Shown here in pieces: positions 11,801 through 23,394 of a DNA stretch of 64,000 bases; the stretch's first letter is position 1; every line of letters begins with the position of its first letter. The notes under the pieces are model-generated. The model made no database searches and was not told where the DNA came from. It saw only the letters and a list, made by a program, of their open reading frames with translations. The stretch is from Paraspadella gotoi (Eukaryota > Animalia > Chaetognatha): contig CM119263.1 of the NCBI GenBank assembly GCA_051294375.1, positions 16,408,532 to 16,472,531 on the forward strand. Direction: 5' to 3'. Position numbers and translations under genes: made by a program.

Positions 11801-14800
11801 CGAACGTTCGAATGATAAAAGGGGAGAGAGGAAAGGATATCGAAGGCGAAGGGGCGAATGTTTATTAAGGCGTAGTAAAATTCCTAAGTTTAACTTTAAT
11901 TAAAATTATAAAAGTGAGGAACGAACAACATTATACTTATGAACATTTATGTATAAAAAAAATTTATAATAAATTTTACAATTTACGCAGTAGGCCATAT
12001 TTATACTAGTACTAAACCAATAAATGTTAAAATTTCAAAACAGTTTTTTCCAAGATTTTTTTGCAGATTTGGATTCGTCATAAAAAGTTGATAATAAGAA
12101 ATATAACTCTTTTTGAAAAATTCTTTTATTAAGTGGGTCAAAAATTAAAAAAGGCTATATTTTAAGCTGAAAATTAACTTTTTATATATTAAATATAGTT
12201 TTTTAAATTTTTAACCCATTTAATGAAAGAATTTTTAAAAATGATTTATATTTTCTTTTATCAACTTTTGATGAGGAATTCACATCTGCCAGCAAAATTA
12301 AGAAAAGCCTAATTAGAAATTTTTCGATTTTATAAGGATAGTACTATATATAAATATAGCCTACTGCGAAAATTAGAAAACATAAAATTAATTTTTTTTA
12401 CAAATTAATGTTCACTGATGGTATGTTGTTCATAATTGACTTTTAGAATTATCGTATGTAACTTTCACTACGCCTTAATGTTTATTGGTTAAGCCAATCT
12501 TTTTTTATAGCGAATTAGGACGCTCGGTATGGATTCTACAAATAACGCCCATTCGTCTCTTTAGGCTTTTCACCCTTTGGAGAAAGATGGTGAGCGAAGA
12601 AACTCTGATGCGAGAGAAATTCAATGTCGCTGACTGAGGGGACCGATTTAACCAATTAGGCTATAATTTTCTTTTTTACGAATATTATCTTCTCGAGAGA
12701 AGATAATATTCGTAAAAAAAAGAGAGCTCTTTAAAAGAAAAGTCGGACACGGTGGGATAAATCGCAGTAGGATGCAGTTCATATTTGTTTTTATCGTTTA
12801 AAACCACACCTATCCTCCTGCGATGTATTGTTCTTTTATTTTTTTAGGAAGTTCATTTGCTTTATCCTTTTAAATATATGTACATTGGACATTGTCCAAT
12901 GGACAACCTCTCTCCTCTCCTCTTCCTCCTCCCCACTCAATAGCACCCACAGAAGAGAAGGATGCGCGGAACATTTTCGTCCGCATGAAGAAGGTCGCTC
13001 CCGAGGTTGAGCGGCCCAACTTTCGCGACTGCATCCGAATTTGCGCCGCGAACATCATCTACCTCGAGTGTCAGTGTCGCATCGTCACGGCGCACTTTAT
13101 GTCGGAATCCGTCACCAAGGAGAACGGTTCGACCAGTTTTTTTTGTTTTTTTTTGTTTTTGTTTGTTTTTTTTTGTTTTGTTTTTTTTTTGTTCTCCATC
13201 CTTCAATCAATCCCATTGGCTCAGAGGGGGAACGCCTCATTCCAGGCTTTGTGTTCCGTCCACAGTCCTTACGACTTACTTCTACGTTGGCAAAGCGAGA
13301 CAGTCCTTGGGTAATCGCGCCAGTGACACTAGGCGTCACTGAGGCATCCCAATGGGCATCACAGGCAACCCGGCTGTTTCCATTATAGTTTATTTATTTT
13401 AACATTATTTTTACTTTTCTGGGGGGATACTTTCGTTTGGTTTAATTTGTATTTTCAAAACATAAACTATGCAGGACCAGCATGTTCTGTAAACTCTTTT
13501 CTTTGGCGTTTATACCAAAGTGTCTGCGGCGGAAAAGCTTTTACGATAATCGAATGTCACTGTGATTGTCGTCAGTGTTCATATTTGAATGTTGTCATAA
13601 TTTATTTTATGGGCATTTTTCCCCTCAGCTTTGACAAACAGAGGAGACAAACAAACGGAGACAGCGACCGTCTGAAGGCAGCCTCTCCGGTGGCTATAAT
13701 TAAAATTATCTTTTTTTTCTTCTCAGAATGTTTGCTAACGATGGGGAATAAAACCAGCGTGAGGTGCGCCTTGACGGTTCTACGACAGGTGATTGACCGA
13801 TTTCGATTCCGGTTCGAATTCGCTCAACTTCAATCGTCTCTCTTCTCAGGTGGAAGATCTCGCCGATTATCTCTTCAACAAAACCAGATTCTCCATCACC
13901 AACGAAACTTCGGAAATGAACTCGTATCAAAAGGCGATGCACAAACTGGAAAAGAAGTACGGACCTCAGCTCAAACTTTGCGGGTGAAACGGCGAGCGCT
14001 GATTGGCGCGAAAAAAAAAAAAAAAAGCCGCGCGCTGATTGACAATCTTCAAAATAGAGCCATGATGGCGGAGGTAACGTGTAAACTTCTTTTTATTTTT
14101 CGCAGATGTCGCCGGCTTTGCAAAATTACGACCTACGACGAAGACCACTATTATTCTTCATTTGCCTGGCAGTCCGATCCGACTAAGTACACCGAGAATC
14201 AAAGGTTAGTTATTAATTAATAATAAAATAATAAATTGAATGAATTAATAAATTGATAATTCAGACAACTCTCTTGTCTGTAAAGGGACATGATATTTAA
14301 TCAATTCTTGGCCGTCTCCAATGAATTCTTCAAAATCGTCGAGAAGGAAACCAAGTTAGCCGGTAAAACAAAAACAGAAATTAATAAAAAAAAAACAAAA
14401 AACAAAACAAAAAACAACCTCTGATGAATCATTTTTCCCGGTTCTTGCAGTTGGCTGCAGGGCGGACACGAGCAACTTCAACTGCTTCAACAAATCCTAC
14501 TTCCCGATCGGCGACGAACCAAATGCTCTTTCGTCCGACCACAAACTCAGAGTTATTGAAGAAAATTCTGCCAGGGTGAATGAATGAATGAATGAATGAA
14601 TGAATGAATGAATGAATAAATTAATTAATCTAAAGATACAGATTACAGAAAACGTTAAAAACTTATGAATCTGAATGGATAAAGTAATAGTAATAATGAA
14701 TGAATTAGATCCTACTCTAATTTCCGTCGTAGGTGAACATATACTTTCGAAGCATGCGCGTTACAACTTCGACAGAAGCGCTCAAATACAGAGGTGGGTT

Positions 14801-15766
14801 TTCTTAATTGGCGGCACGACCGAAACAGAGAAATCTGCCGATTTTTATTATTTTATATTTTTTTTACTAAAATCCAGAAAAGAAAAATGAGGAAAGTCAG
14901 TAAAAAAAAAGAAGAAAAATGTAAAGAGATCTATTTTAATCAATGTTTCTGGCCGAATCACGAGGTCGCCGCCTATCGGCTCCATTTTCTTGGCGATAAA
15001 ACCTGACTTTGTTGACGGCGAAAAAAAAAAGAAAAAAAGAAAAAGAAAAAGCGGGAAAAAGGGAGGAAACCACTTCGACCGTCGAAGACGACGACGAAGA
15101 CGACGACGAAGAACGACGTAGACGACTATGTGCGAAACTTGGTATCGTGATTCTGATTACTGACAATACTGACAATGAGATAATCATAGTCATTTTAATG
15201 ATTAGAGCTTTTCATGAAAAATATACTAGAATCCAGATAAGCACGACGATGCCGATTAAGAAACGACGATGAAAAAACGACAACGATGGTCGACGACGAT
15301 AAAAAAAAAAAAAAAAAAAAAAAAAACAACAAAAACGACGACGACGACGTCATTGTTTTTTTTTTATTTCATCGTTGAAGGAATTTTCGCGGCTCAAACG
15401 AATCAGTTATTCTTCGCCGCGAAAATCCGACGCGAAATCCCGCGTGAAAAATCGCGGTTATGGGCTTGAGAAGGAAAAGGGGAGGGTGTGGGGGGGAAAG
15501 GGAGGAAGAAGGGCGGTGTGCAGGGGGAGGAGGTAGAAAATTCGGAAGGGATAATGGACGAGGGAGGATATATAAGAAAAGGAGCGAGGCGAGGTGAGAA
15601 AGTGAGGGGAAGAGAGGAAAAGACGGGAGGTGACAAATCCCTTCCATCCGTTGACGCCCTGGAAACCAGCGTGGTCGTCGTTTTCGTCGTCGTCGTCGTC
15701 GTCTTGCTCTTATGCGTCCACGTCTTTGGAGAAAGAGAGATAGATAGAGAAAGAGAGAGAAAGAGA

Positions 15767-15797
<31 letters not shown>

Positions 15798-16636
15798 TTC
15801 CATCTTTCCTCCCAGTGATTGACATGCTGAGCGACATGGGATCTCAAGGCGGAATGTGGTTGGGACTCACAATTTTGACCCTGGTTCAGTTTCTCGAGTT
15901 GATCATCACGCTCATCGTCTACGTCGTCATGGTGACAAAGTTGTTTCTTTCTCCTCGTTTTCACGCGTCGTATGTTATTATAATAGTAATTAAAATAATT
16001 ATATATAGTTATACTGTTTTTTGTTGTTGCAATGATAGTAAATCTGAGGTGTTCGATATCGTTATGGTTATCGTTATCGTTATCATTATCGTTATCATTA
16101 TCGTATCTTATTGTATTTGATGACTGTCCCAAATCAAATGTATATAACTGTTCTTTATTTTATAATCGTCATAAAATTCTCTCGTTTTTTACTCTCAGTG
16201 GATCATCAAGAAAATTAACAATAAATGTTGCCCTCAGGAAAAGCAAAACGACGAGGTTAGAACGACGTTATTTTTTAAATTAATTTATGAATACATTAAT
16301 TAACACCAAGCTTTGCTTCCCTTCCATCAAAAGGAAGAAAAGCTGAAGGGTCACGCCCCTACCCACACCGAGGTGGAGATCCCCATTCAACTCCACCAAA
16401 AAATGGACCCTGGCAAGATGAGAATCTCGGTCCAGCCAACGCTGAAGGAGAAGAAACACGGTGGACCCTCGGAGGGCGCGACGACCGGGCAGCCCAGCAC
16501 TATGGGCGGGGCGGGAAACAGGACCGTGGTGGGCTCGACACTGCCCAGCGGGTTGCTGGACATGAGTGTGATCAGTGAAAGAAGCGGGCAGAAGGGAACC
16601 TTACCCAGCAATCGGACGGGGACTGAACGGTGGTAA
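8654..16636 (+). CDS. DEG/ENaC (amiloride-sensitive sodium channel / ASIC / degenerin family) subunit, ~790 aa, 21 exons
   Basis: Manually spliced, phase-consistent exons: 8654-8741 (tentative first exon), 9438-9590, 9728-9912, 9969-10066, 10296-10408, 10819-10933, 11019-11123, 11202-11286, 11400-11495, 11614-11706, 12565-12589, 12944-13126, 13727-13788, 13850-13983, 14106-14204, 14286-14362, 14451-14575, 14733-14793, 15816-15931, 16199-16255, 16334-16636 (total 2373 nt). Family motifs: TM1 IWIICFAIAAAMVVWLYV, FPLVTICPLNP, SCSFNGYKC..F..YGMCYQF, GMPFGLKLDL, GFIISIH, Cys-rich thumb CIRIC..CQC..C..C..CGC..C, ENSARVNIYF, TM2 LSDMGSQGGMWLGLTILTLVQFLE. Confidence 0.92.
10492..10718 (-). mobile_element. 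tRNA-derived SINE-like dispersed repeat, copy 1 (in a DEG/ENaC intron)
   Basis: Homologous to 22815-22990 and 34628-34850. The minus strand reads CCATTGGTGCCGGAGGCAAGTCAGTTGCCTCCCTACCCAAAAGTCCGGGGTTCTAGCCCGG, with A-box-like and B-box-like motifs at tRNA spacing. Confidence 0.65.
11866..12477. mobile_element. Non-autonomous fold-back DNA transposon (MITE-like), ~610 bp, in a DEG/ENaC intron
   Basis: Termini are TAAGGCGTAGT...ACTACGCCTTA, and the two halves are imperfect inverted copies of each other up to a centre near 12170. The flanking direct repeat ATGTTTAT lies at 11858-11865 and 12478-12485. Confidence 0.85.
12672..12719. repeat. Perfect inverted repeat, 23-bp arms with a 2-nt spacer
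   Basis: TTTTTTACGAATATTATCTTCTC-GA-GAGAAGATAATATTCGTAAAAAA. Confidence 0.95.
13215..13385. repeat. Dispersed ~170-180 bp repeat, copy 1 (unclassified, structured)
   Basis: Shares GGCTCAGAGGGG, GTCCTWACGACTT, CAAAGCGAG and CATCCCAATGGGCATCACAGGCAACCCGRCTGTT with 41185-41368. Confidence 0.85.
14577..14616. repeat. (TGAA)n microsatellite starting at a splice donor
   Basis: Ten TGAA units follow directly from the donor AGG|GTGAAT. Confidence 0.9.
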
Positions 16637-17775
16637 GGCTGACAAGTACACACGCTTTCGCTGGCGTCGAACCCAATCGAAAGACATATATCTTCGGCTT
16701 CGTGAAAAGAGAGTGGGATTTTAGTTGGATCGCTTGTCTTTCTCCTTTATGAAATTTAAAATATATAGATATTTATTTATGCGTTAATTAAATTACAAGA
16801 AAAAGACAAAAGTAGCTTTTTTTCTTCTCGAGTTTGAAAAAATTATAGAGAAGAGCTCTAAGAAATGTTATTAATTAATAAAGACAGGAAGAAAATTATA
16901 GAAAATTGACATCGATCTTGTGATTTCAGTTCATTCATTCCTATTATTTCCTGGCCTTTGTTGGTGCCGGAAAGCCGAGAAAGAAGCCGAGAACCGGGAA
17001 CAAAGAATTACGACCGGCGAGTCGTAGAAAATGAGAGAATGGGAGAGTAAAAGAAACCGACGACGACTGAAGCCAGTTGACCCGCTCTCTGTTGCTGGTC
17101 GCCTTACTCTCGGCAATGCCTCACTTTCTTAGCTGGCTTACCTCCTAAGCATTTAAAACTAGAACCTACTTGCGGAGTGAAAAATTATAGTATTTAGGTT
17201 CCTTCTTATTAAGTTTAATATTTTATTCTTTTTTTTTCTTTTCTTCGTTTCAACGACTTCGCTTTGCCCCTTACCTCTCCCTCACCTCCCCTCCCTTTCA
17301 ACCTACCTCTCGATGACCGCGTCCTCCATTCATTCTCGATCCCGCGGGAATCGCCTCGTCCGCGTCGCCGGCTTCAAGTCTCTCTCGATGAATGGATCGG
17401 ATGAAGCCCCGATATTCCGTCGACTCGATTCGTTGACCCAATGAATGGACGAACGCGAAAGGAATGAATGGAAGTGAATGACCGGATTTCAGAGAGAGAG
17501 AGAGAAAGAGAGAGAGCAACGGATGCGAAAGAAAAGAAGAGGGAGAAGGAAGAGAGAATGTCCCGAGCCCGTGTATAAAACATCGAATGCGGAAGAAAAA
17601 ATTAATCATTAATTTTCGCGACAAGAGAGAAAGAAGATCGAAGATTTACTATCATAGATTCTTACGATTCAACAAACGAAGAAACGGAAACTGAAAAAAT
17701 ATTCAAAACAAAAAGAAAGAATAAATTATAATTAAGAAAATCCTCCGGAAACAACGATTAATCAAACGTAAAAAA

Positions 17776-19233
17776 ATGCCCGAAGAAATGGATTCCGGAA
17801 TGAAGATCTACGCCACCGTCGATGATCTCCGTCACTGCGGCGCCACGGATGACGCCAACTACGACGTGACGGACTATTTCGTCTCTACCGACAAGCTTCT
17901 TTGTACCGACGATGACCAAAAAGTCTTGGCCGACAACTTCGTGGGATCGACACAATCCCCTCTCCTCGCGGAACGCCCCTTGTCGTCCGCCGACGCCGAC
18001 AACGTCTTCCCGAGCCTTACGCGTTTTCGTCGGAGCCTTCGACGCGTCGCCACGAGCGTCGGCCGCAGAATCTCGCGGAAGAAATCGCGGATTGAAAGGA
18101 TGGAATCGGCGCCGAAAACGACGAAAGCTCCATCGGCTTTCTCTCGAATCCCCGCCAAACGGTGTCGATTCAAAAGAGCGCCGACGAAGCGTTGGACGAC
18201 CAAGGGAACCGAAGCCTCGATCAGCGCTCGGCCTTTGATAAACGCTTCTTCTTCTTCCGCTTTCGCTTCTTCCGTTTTCGCTTCTTCCGTTTTCGCTGTC
18301 GACATTTCCACTTCCCCATCCGCTTCGTCCTTCATCTGTCCCGACTGCGAAACTCCTTTCCAGCTAAAGTCAGACTTCGACGCGCACGTCGCTTCACACA
18401 AGTTGCTCTCCGTCGTCAGACGAGGAGATATGCAGCGCGTCGGCGAGACGTCGAGCGAACTGGAGATGATCTTGTCGGAGATCAGCGCCATCCGCGTCGC
18501 CGACGACGACGACGGCTTCGGCTTTTGTTTCTTCTGCGGCGTCGAATTCTCTTCCGAAGCCGCATTCAAACTCCACGCCCTCCGCGGTTGCGGCTTCGAA
18601 AACTCCGTCAAGCTCTCGGGCATCTCGTGGGACGAGGATTCTGAGGCCCATGCGTTGGCTTCGAGATTGGCGTCCACGAGGCTCTACGAGGCGGTCGAAG
18701 GACGGAAGGAAGAAGAGGAGGATGGAATGCGAAAAGAGAACGAGGATGCTAAGATCGAAAGTTCAAATCCTGCCGCCTCTCTCCAGGACGATACCCAAGT
18801 AAGTATGCTCTCATCCTCTAACCAAGAGAACATCCCAATCACTGAGGCCACGCCATTCTTAGCCATGCCCGAGATTGCGGCTCCCGTCTCTACCATTCCA
18901 CATTCGGCGACTTCAGAGATTCACGCGCCCGTCTCTTTCGAAAGCGCCTCATCCAAAACTGATTCTGCGACCGTCGTGTCTGCCAAGACTGAGTACCACT
19001 CCTCTTCCCCGGTTCAGACTCCGTTCTGCTTCAGCTGCGTCCTTCAAGGAAGGATCTTTTCTACGACCTTCAATTTGGAAGACTTGATGGGCGGTTGCGA
19101 CAGAGGAGTCCGAGTCGGTTTCGAGGAAGTCGACGAAAGAGACGACGATCGAGTGGAGAAATGCCGGTGTGGAATCGAAAGAAAGAAGACGCGATGTCGC
19201 AGATGTGGGTCTTTCGAGGAAACTGCGGTTTAA
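17776..19233 (+). CDS. Zinc-finger protein, 485 aa, single ORF (one C2H2 finger, one C2HC-like finger, Cys-rich C-terminus)
   Basis: Long, non-repetitive ORF with an AAAAATG start context. Contains FICPDCETPFQLKSDFDAHVASH (canonical C2H2), FCFFCGVEFSSEAAFKLHALRGC and C-terminal CFSC/CRC/CRRC. AATAAA lies ~100 bp downstream. Confidence 0.8.
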   Translation: MPEEMDSGMKIYATVDDLRHCGATDDANYDVTDYFVSTDKLLCTDDDQKVLADNFVGSTQSPLLAERPLSSADADNVFPSLTRFRRSLRRVATSVGRRISRKKSRIERMESAPKTTKAPSAFSRIPAKRCRFKRAPTKRWTTKGTEASISARPLINASSSSAFASSVFASSVFAVDISTSPSASSFICPDCETPFQLKSDFDAHVASHKLLSVVRRGDMQRVGETSSELEMILSEISAIRVADDDDGFGFCFFCGVEFSSEAAFKLHALRGCGFENSVKLSGISWDEDSEAHALASRLASTRLYEAVEGRKEEEEDGMRKENEDAKIESSNPAASLQDDTQVSMLSSSNQENIPITEATPFLAMPEIAAPVSTIPHSATSEIHAPVSFESASSKTDSATVVSAKTEYHSSSPVQTPFCFSCVLQGRIFSTTFNLEDLMGGCDRGVRVGFEEVDERDDDRVEKCRCGIERKKTRCRRCGSFEETAV

Positions 19234-20918
19234 GAGTTCAGTATCACGGATAAGTGCGTAGTTTACTTGGCTTTTTAATTAGTTTTATTCATTGATTGCT
19301 TTAGTTTTGCTATTTTATTGTTGCAGAAAATGTAAATAAACAACTTAAAAATCAAATGGCGTAATTTTTTTATTGATTTAACAATTATAAGGTCGGTATA
19401 GAGATAGGAATGACCTTTTACAATTTAATATGTATTTCGTCGCAAAAATCAAAGATTATTTTCCAGCGTTTTAAAGTTTTAACAGCATCAGAATCGGTAG
19501 AGACTTACAATTATTATCGTTATATTTACAATTAATAATTTTTTTCAAGGAGAAAAAAATAGCATATGACTTCATACATACAGCGGCAGTATTAGAAAAT
19601 AGAAAAAAAATATGGCCAACTCAGATATGTCTTTGTTAACTTTATACAATAAAACTTGATACTGAATTCTGATCTCGAGCCTGCAAAATAAGTCGCAATG
19701 CAGAGGTAAACTGGGAAACATTTCTCGGACTCAATTAAGCATGAGAAACCGGGAGGCAGCGACGAAGGAAGATGTCTTTTTTTCATTAAGGAAGGGGTGG
19801 TGCAGCAGCAGCAGCGGCGTCGCGAAAGGCCTTGCAGCGGCGCCTCAGAGCACGTCGCAGCGGCGCCGCGATGCGGCGGGTAAGAACAAACGAGAAGACG
19901 GCCTTCCAACGGAAAACCTCTTAATTACTTCTTATGAATCCAGGGAAACAGGTGTTGGCGGAAAAGGCGGAAAAAAAGCGAGAGAGCGGAAAAAGAAGCG
20001 GAAAAAGCAGACGGCGCCTCAAAAAGAAAAAAAAAGAGCAAAATGTGAAATTACGACGAGGCGCAAATTGGAGGCAAAATTCCGCAAAAAGAGGAAAAGG
20101 GCCAGAGGCAGAGGTTATCTCCGTTTACCAGAAACAAAGTTGATCTTAAAGTGTACATTTAGATTTTCCTAATCATGAGTTCAAGGGAAATTTCCAGCGT
20201 GATGCACGCCTGGCACGTGGGCGGCACCTGGAGGGACAGATACGAAGCAATCGCGGGTTTGAAACAAGGCAGGTGTGCCGAAATTGATCATAATTTACCA
20301 GCGAAAGGAGGACGTTGGATCTCTCAGGAGAAAGGTCGGCGGGTCAAATTGGGTAAGGAGATAGGCGCGGTGGAACCGGAATGAGGGCGCTTGCCGTTCC
20401 GTTTTGGGACTATTTGAAGATTTCTCTCTCACGTCCGGAGTCTAAAGCTAAAAAAAAAAATTATACGGTCGGGTATATTTTCCCTACTAATTTCCCTACA
20501 ATTACATTTGATTGCGAATACAATCTCGGTTCCACTTCTTATATGGACATGAGGACAATTCTAGTTCCACTTCCTGTAAGTAAAGTGTTCCAAGTTCCAA
20601 CCACATCCTGCTGAAACAAAATCTGGCTAATACGATTTCAGACTCACTTCCGATTGAGACGATTTTTACGCGAGTGAAGGAAGGGAAGATCTCGAAGTCA
20701 CTTCTGGTTGGGACTGAAATCAGCGCCACTCTCGGTTAATATACAAATTAAACAATCTCAGGCTCAGCGCCACTCTTGGTTGGGACGATCTTAACGCCAC
20801 TTTTTCATTGAACGTCTCCACGCGTCTGGCGGAGGAAGCGCCGCGTCCGTAACCTTTGACCTCGACGCTCCTTCGTTATCTTTCTCTTTTTCTTTTTTTT
20901 TTTCAAAGCCGAAAGCGG

Positions 20919-21004
<86 letters not shown>

Positions 21005-21258
21005 CCGCCATGCGCCAAGTAAAAATATGACCGTCGTTGCTTTCGCCAAGAGCGGTCAAAAACGTCAAGAAAGGTCAAAGGTCAAAGGTCACGAGGTTAG
21101 GGAGTTCAGGGTCGCATCGAGGTTCGCTTTGTGGCCAAGATTTTAGTAATTTCGTTTTTCTTTCATCGGAGCGAATTGTTTTATTTTTTCATTTAATTTT
21201 AATTTTATCATTTTCAATTTGAAAGTACAGTGCACAATTAAAATTATATAAATTACGA

Positions 21259-21307
<49 letters not shown>

Positions 21308-21709
21308 TAAACTGTCCTCAAATTGACACAGTAAAACCGAAAAAGGTTTGCCTTTCAATCCCACATGGTATCATTTTGTCCGCTAACCGCTTCATACCCT
21401 TTTCGCAGTCTTGAAACTTCAATTTTAAAAAAGTACTTAATAATATTATATATATATATATTATATAATACTTTTTCTACATACCTCTTTTATAGTTGAC
21501 GCAAGACTACGCCGTTTGTTGTATTGATTTTCATTTATTTACTGTTCATTCGTCCACGGGATCTCCTCTCATTTCCTCCCCTTTTATTTCCCGGGCCTTC
21601 ATTCATTCTTTCCTTTTCTCTTTTCTCAGCGTCCTTGTTCCACTCCATTTCCCGAAGAAGGCAGGGAACGAAACGCGCTCAATCATTACGGCGTTGCGCG
21701 CACCTTGGG

Positions 21710-21760
<51 letters not shown>

Positions 21761-21848
21761 CTCTTTTTCCTTAATGAAAAAGCGTGGAGCGAAGGAGCGC
21801 TAGGCCGAGGCCGTGACGTCTCTGGACTCGAGAAAGAGAGAGAGAGAA

Positions 21849-21944
<96 letters not shown>

Positions 21945-22477
21945 TTATCTTAACGTGGAAAGAGGAACAATGATGACCTCGAAAGAAATGTGAAATCAGA
22001 ATTGAGAACGTTTCTTGAAAAACGAAATTTCGTATAATCTAAAGACAAAAAAAAAAGGTAAGAGCGAACGAATTCGACGAGTCATTTCGAAAGTGTCGGA
22101 TTTCAACTCGAGAGAATATCTCATTCACTGCAAGTGACGCTTTTCAATTTAGCGTGATCGAAAATGCAGCGCTCACGACAAAAGCAAAAAAGGAAAAGAA
22201 ATAACTTATAAAAAGAAAAAAAAAAAAAACGACGGCTGTTCTGGAATAAAGTTTAGTCAACGAAGGTCAGAAAATGACTCTTTGTTACAACAGCCCTTGA
22301 GCGTGAGAGAAAAAATGAGAAAGAAAATGTAAAAAAAAAAAAAATCATTGAAAATCAGCAGAGCGATGATGAGGCGATATGGTTGAGATGGTGGGCATTT
22401 TCCAGTGAGTTCCCACTTCCCACAAATAGGGGAAGAGAAATGCCAGGACTCGGGGATTGGGGTCGCTTCTCTGATAC

Positions 22478-23136
22478 CTTAGGTTCCTGGGATGAGGTTG
22501 CGGGGATCAAGCTGGGCCGACGGGCCGTTCCTCTCTTCTGAAAAGTATTTTAAGGTGGATGCTTGTTGGAGTACTTGTTCTATTTTTATTTTTTGCTTTT
22601 TTATATATAGTTTGGCCTAACAAGCCTTAAAAGAACCACGGGAACAATGGCAGGCGCAATGTCAACAGAATTGATTAAATATTTCTGGTTCATGTCGGAT
22701 TCAGGATTCGGCGATTCCATTTCCGCGGAGATCGCCCGAGCATCCGATCCGAATTTGATTCTGGTGTCTTGATACTCCTGCGATGCCAAGAAAAGTAATA
22801 CTTATTCTAACTATTGAAGAGACAGTATTTATTGTTATGTGTTAGTGACAGAACCGTTCAATATAGGAAGTCCCTGAGCTTCGGATCACCGGGCTCGAAC
22901 CCCGGAACTTTGGTTTGGGAGGCGAATGACTTGCCCTCGGCACCAATGGCCGTTGATGAACGGTCATTGGTGGATTTTAGTTCACCATATTACTTTAATA
23001 TTTCTTTTTTAGATCTCTTTCTGTTTTTTTATTTCATTGCGTCGCTATCGTTGTAGTATTTTCCTATTACCCATCTGCCAACGAATCTAGCTTGCTTTTG
23101 TTGTATATTCCCCCTGATTGGCCGTTCCTGTTTACG

Positions 23137-23183
<47 letters not shown>

Positions 23184-23344
23184 CGAAGATAAGGGAAACC
23201 ACGGCAAAATGTTTTGACAGATGAGGGAATTAAAGTTCCTAAATCCTCTAAAACTCAGAGGATTATTCTTCGAAAACGAGAACGAGCGGAAAATGTGGCG
23301 GGAGAGAAGTGGGGGGGGAAAAATGTCATTAGCGATCGCGAGAG

Positions 23345-23394
<50 letters not shown>

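Noticed and set aside
13447-14220. 257-aa ORF as a standalone gene
   Set aside because: It is read-through of introns linking in-frame DEG/ENaC exons.
17874-18677. 267-aa antisense ORF
   Set aside because: A shadow of the zinc-finger CDS.
20703-20800. Short direct repeats (TCAGCGCCACTCT x2, TGGTTGGGAC x2) considered as CRISPR-like
   Set aside because: Only two units, eukaryotic context, no cas genes; this is a small local duplication.
22889-22950. Functional tRNA-Gly gene
   Set aside because: Acceptor and anticodon stems do not pair properly, and it is embedded in a longer dispersed repeat, so it is treated as a SINE-like head.
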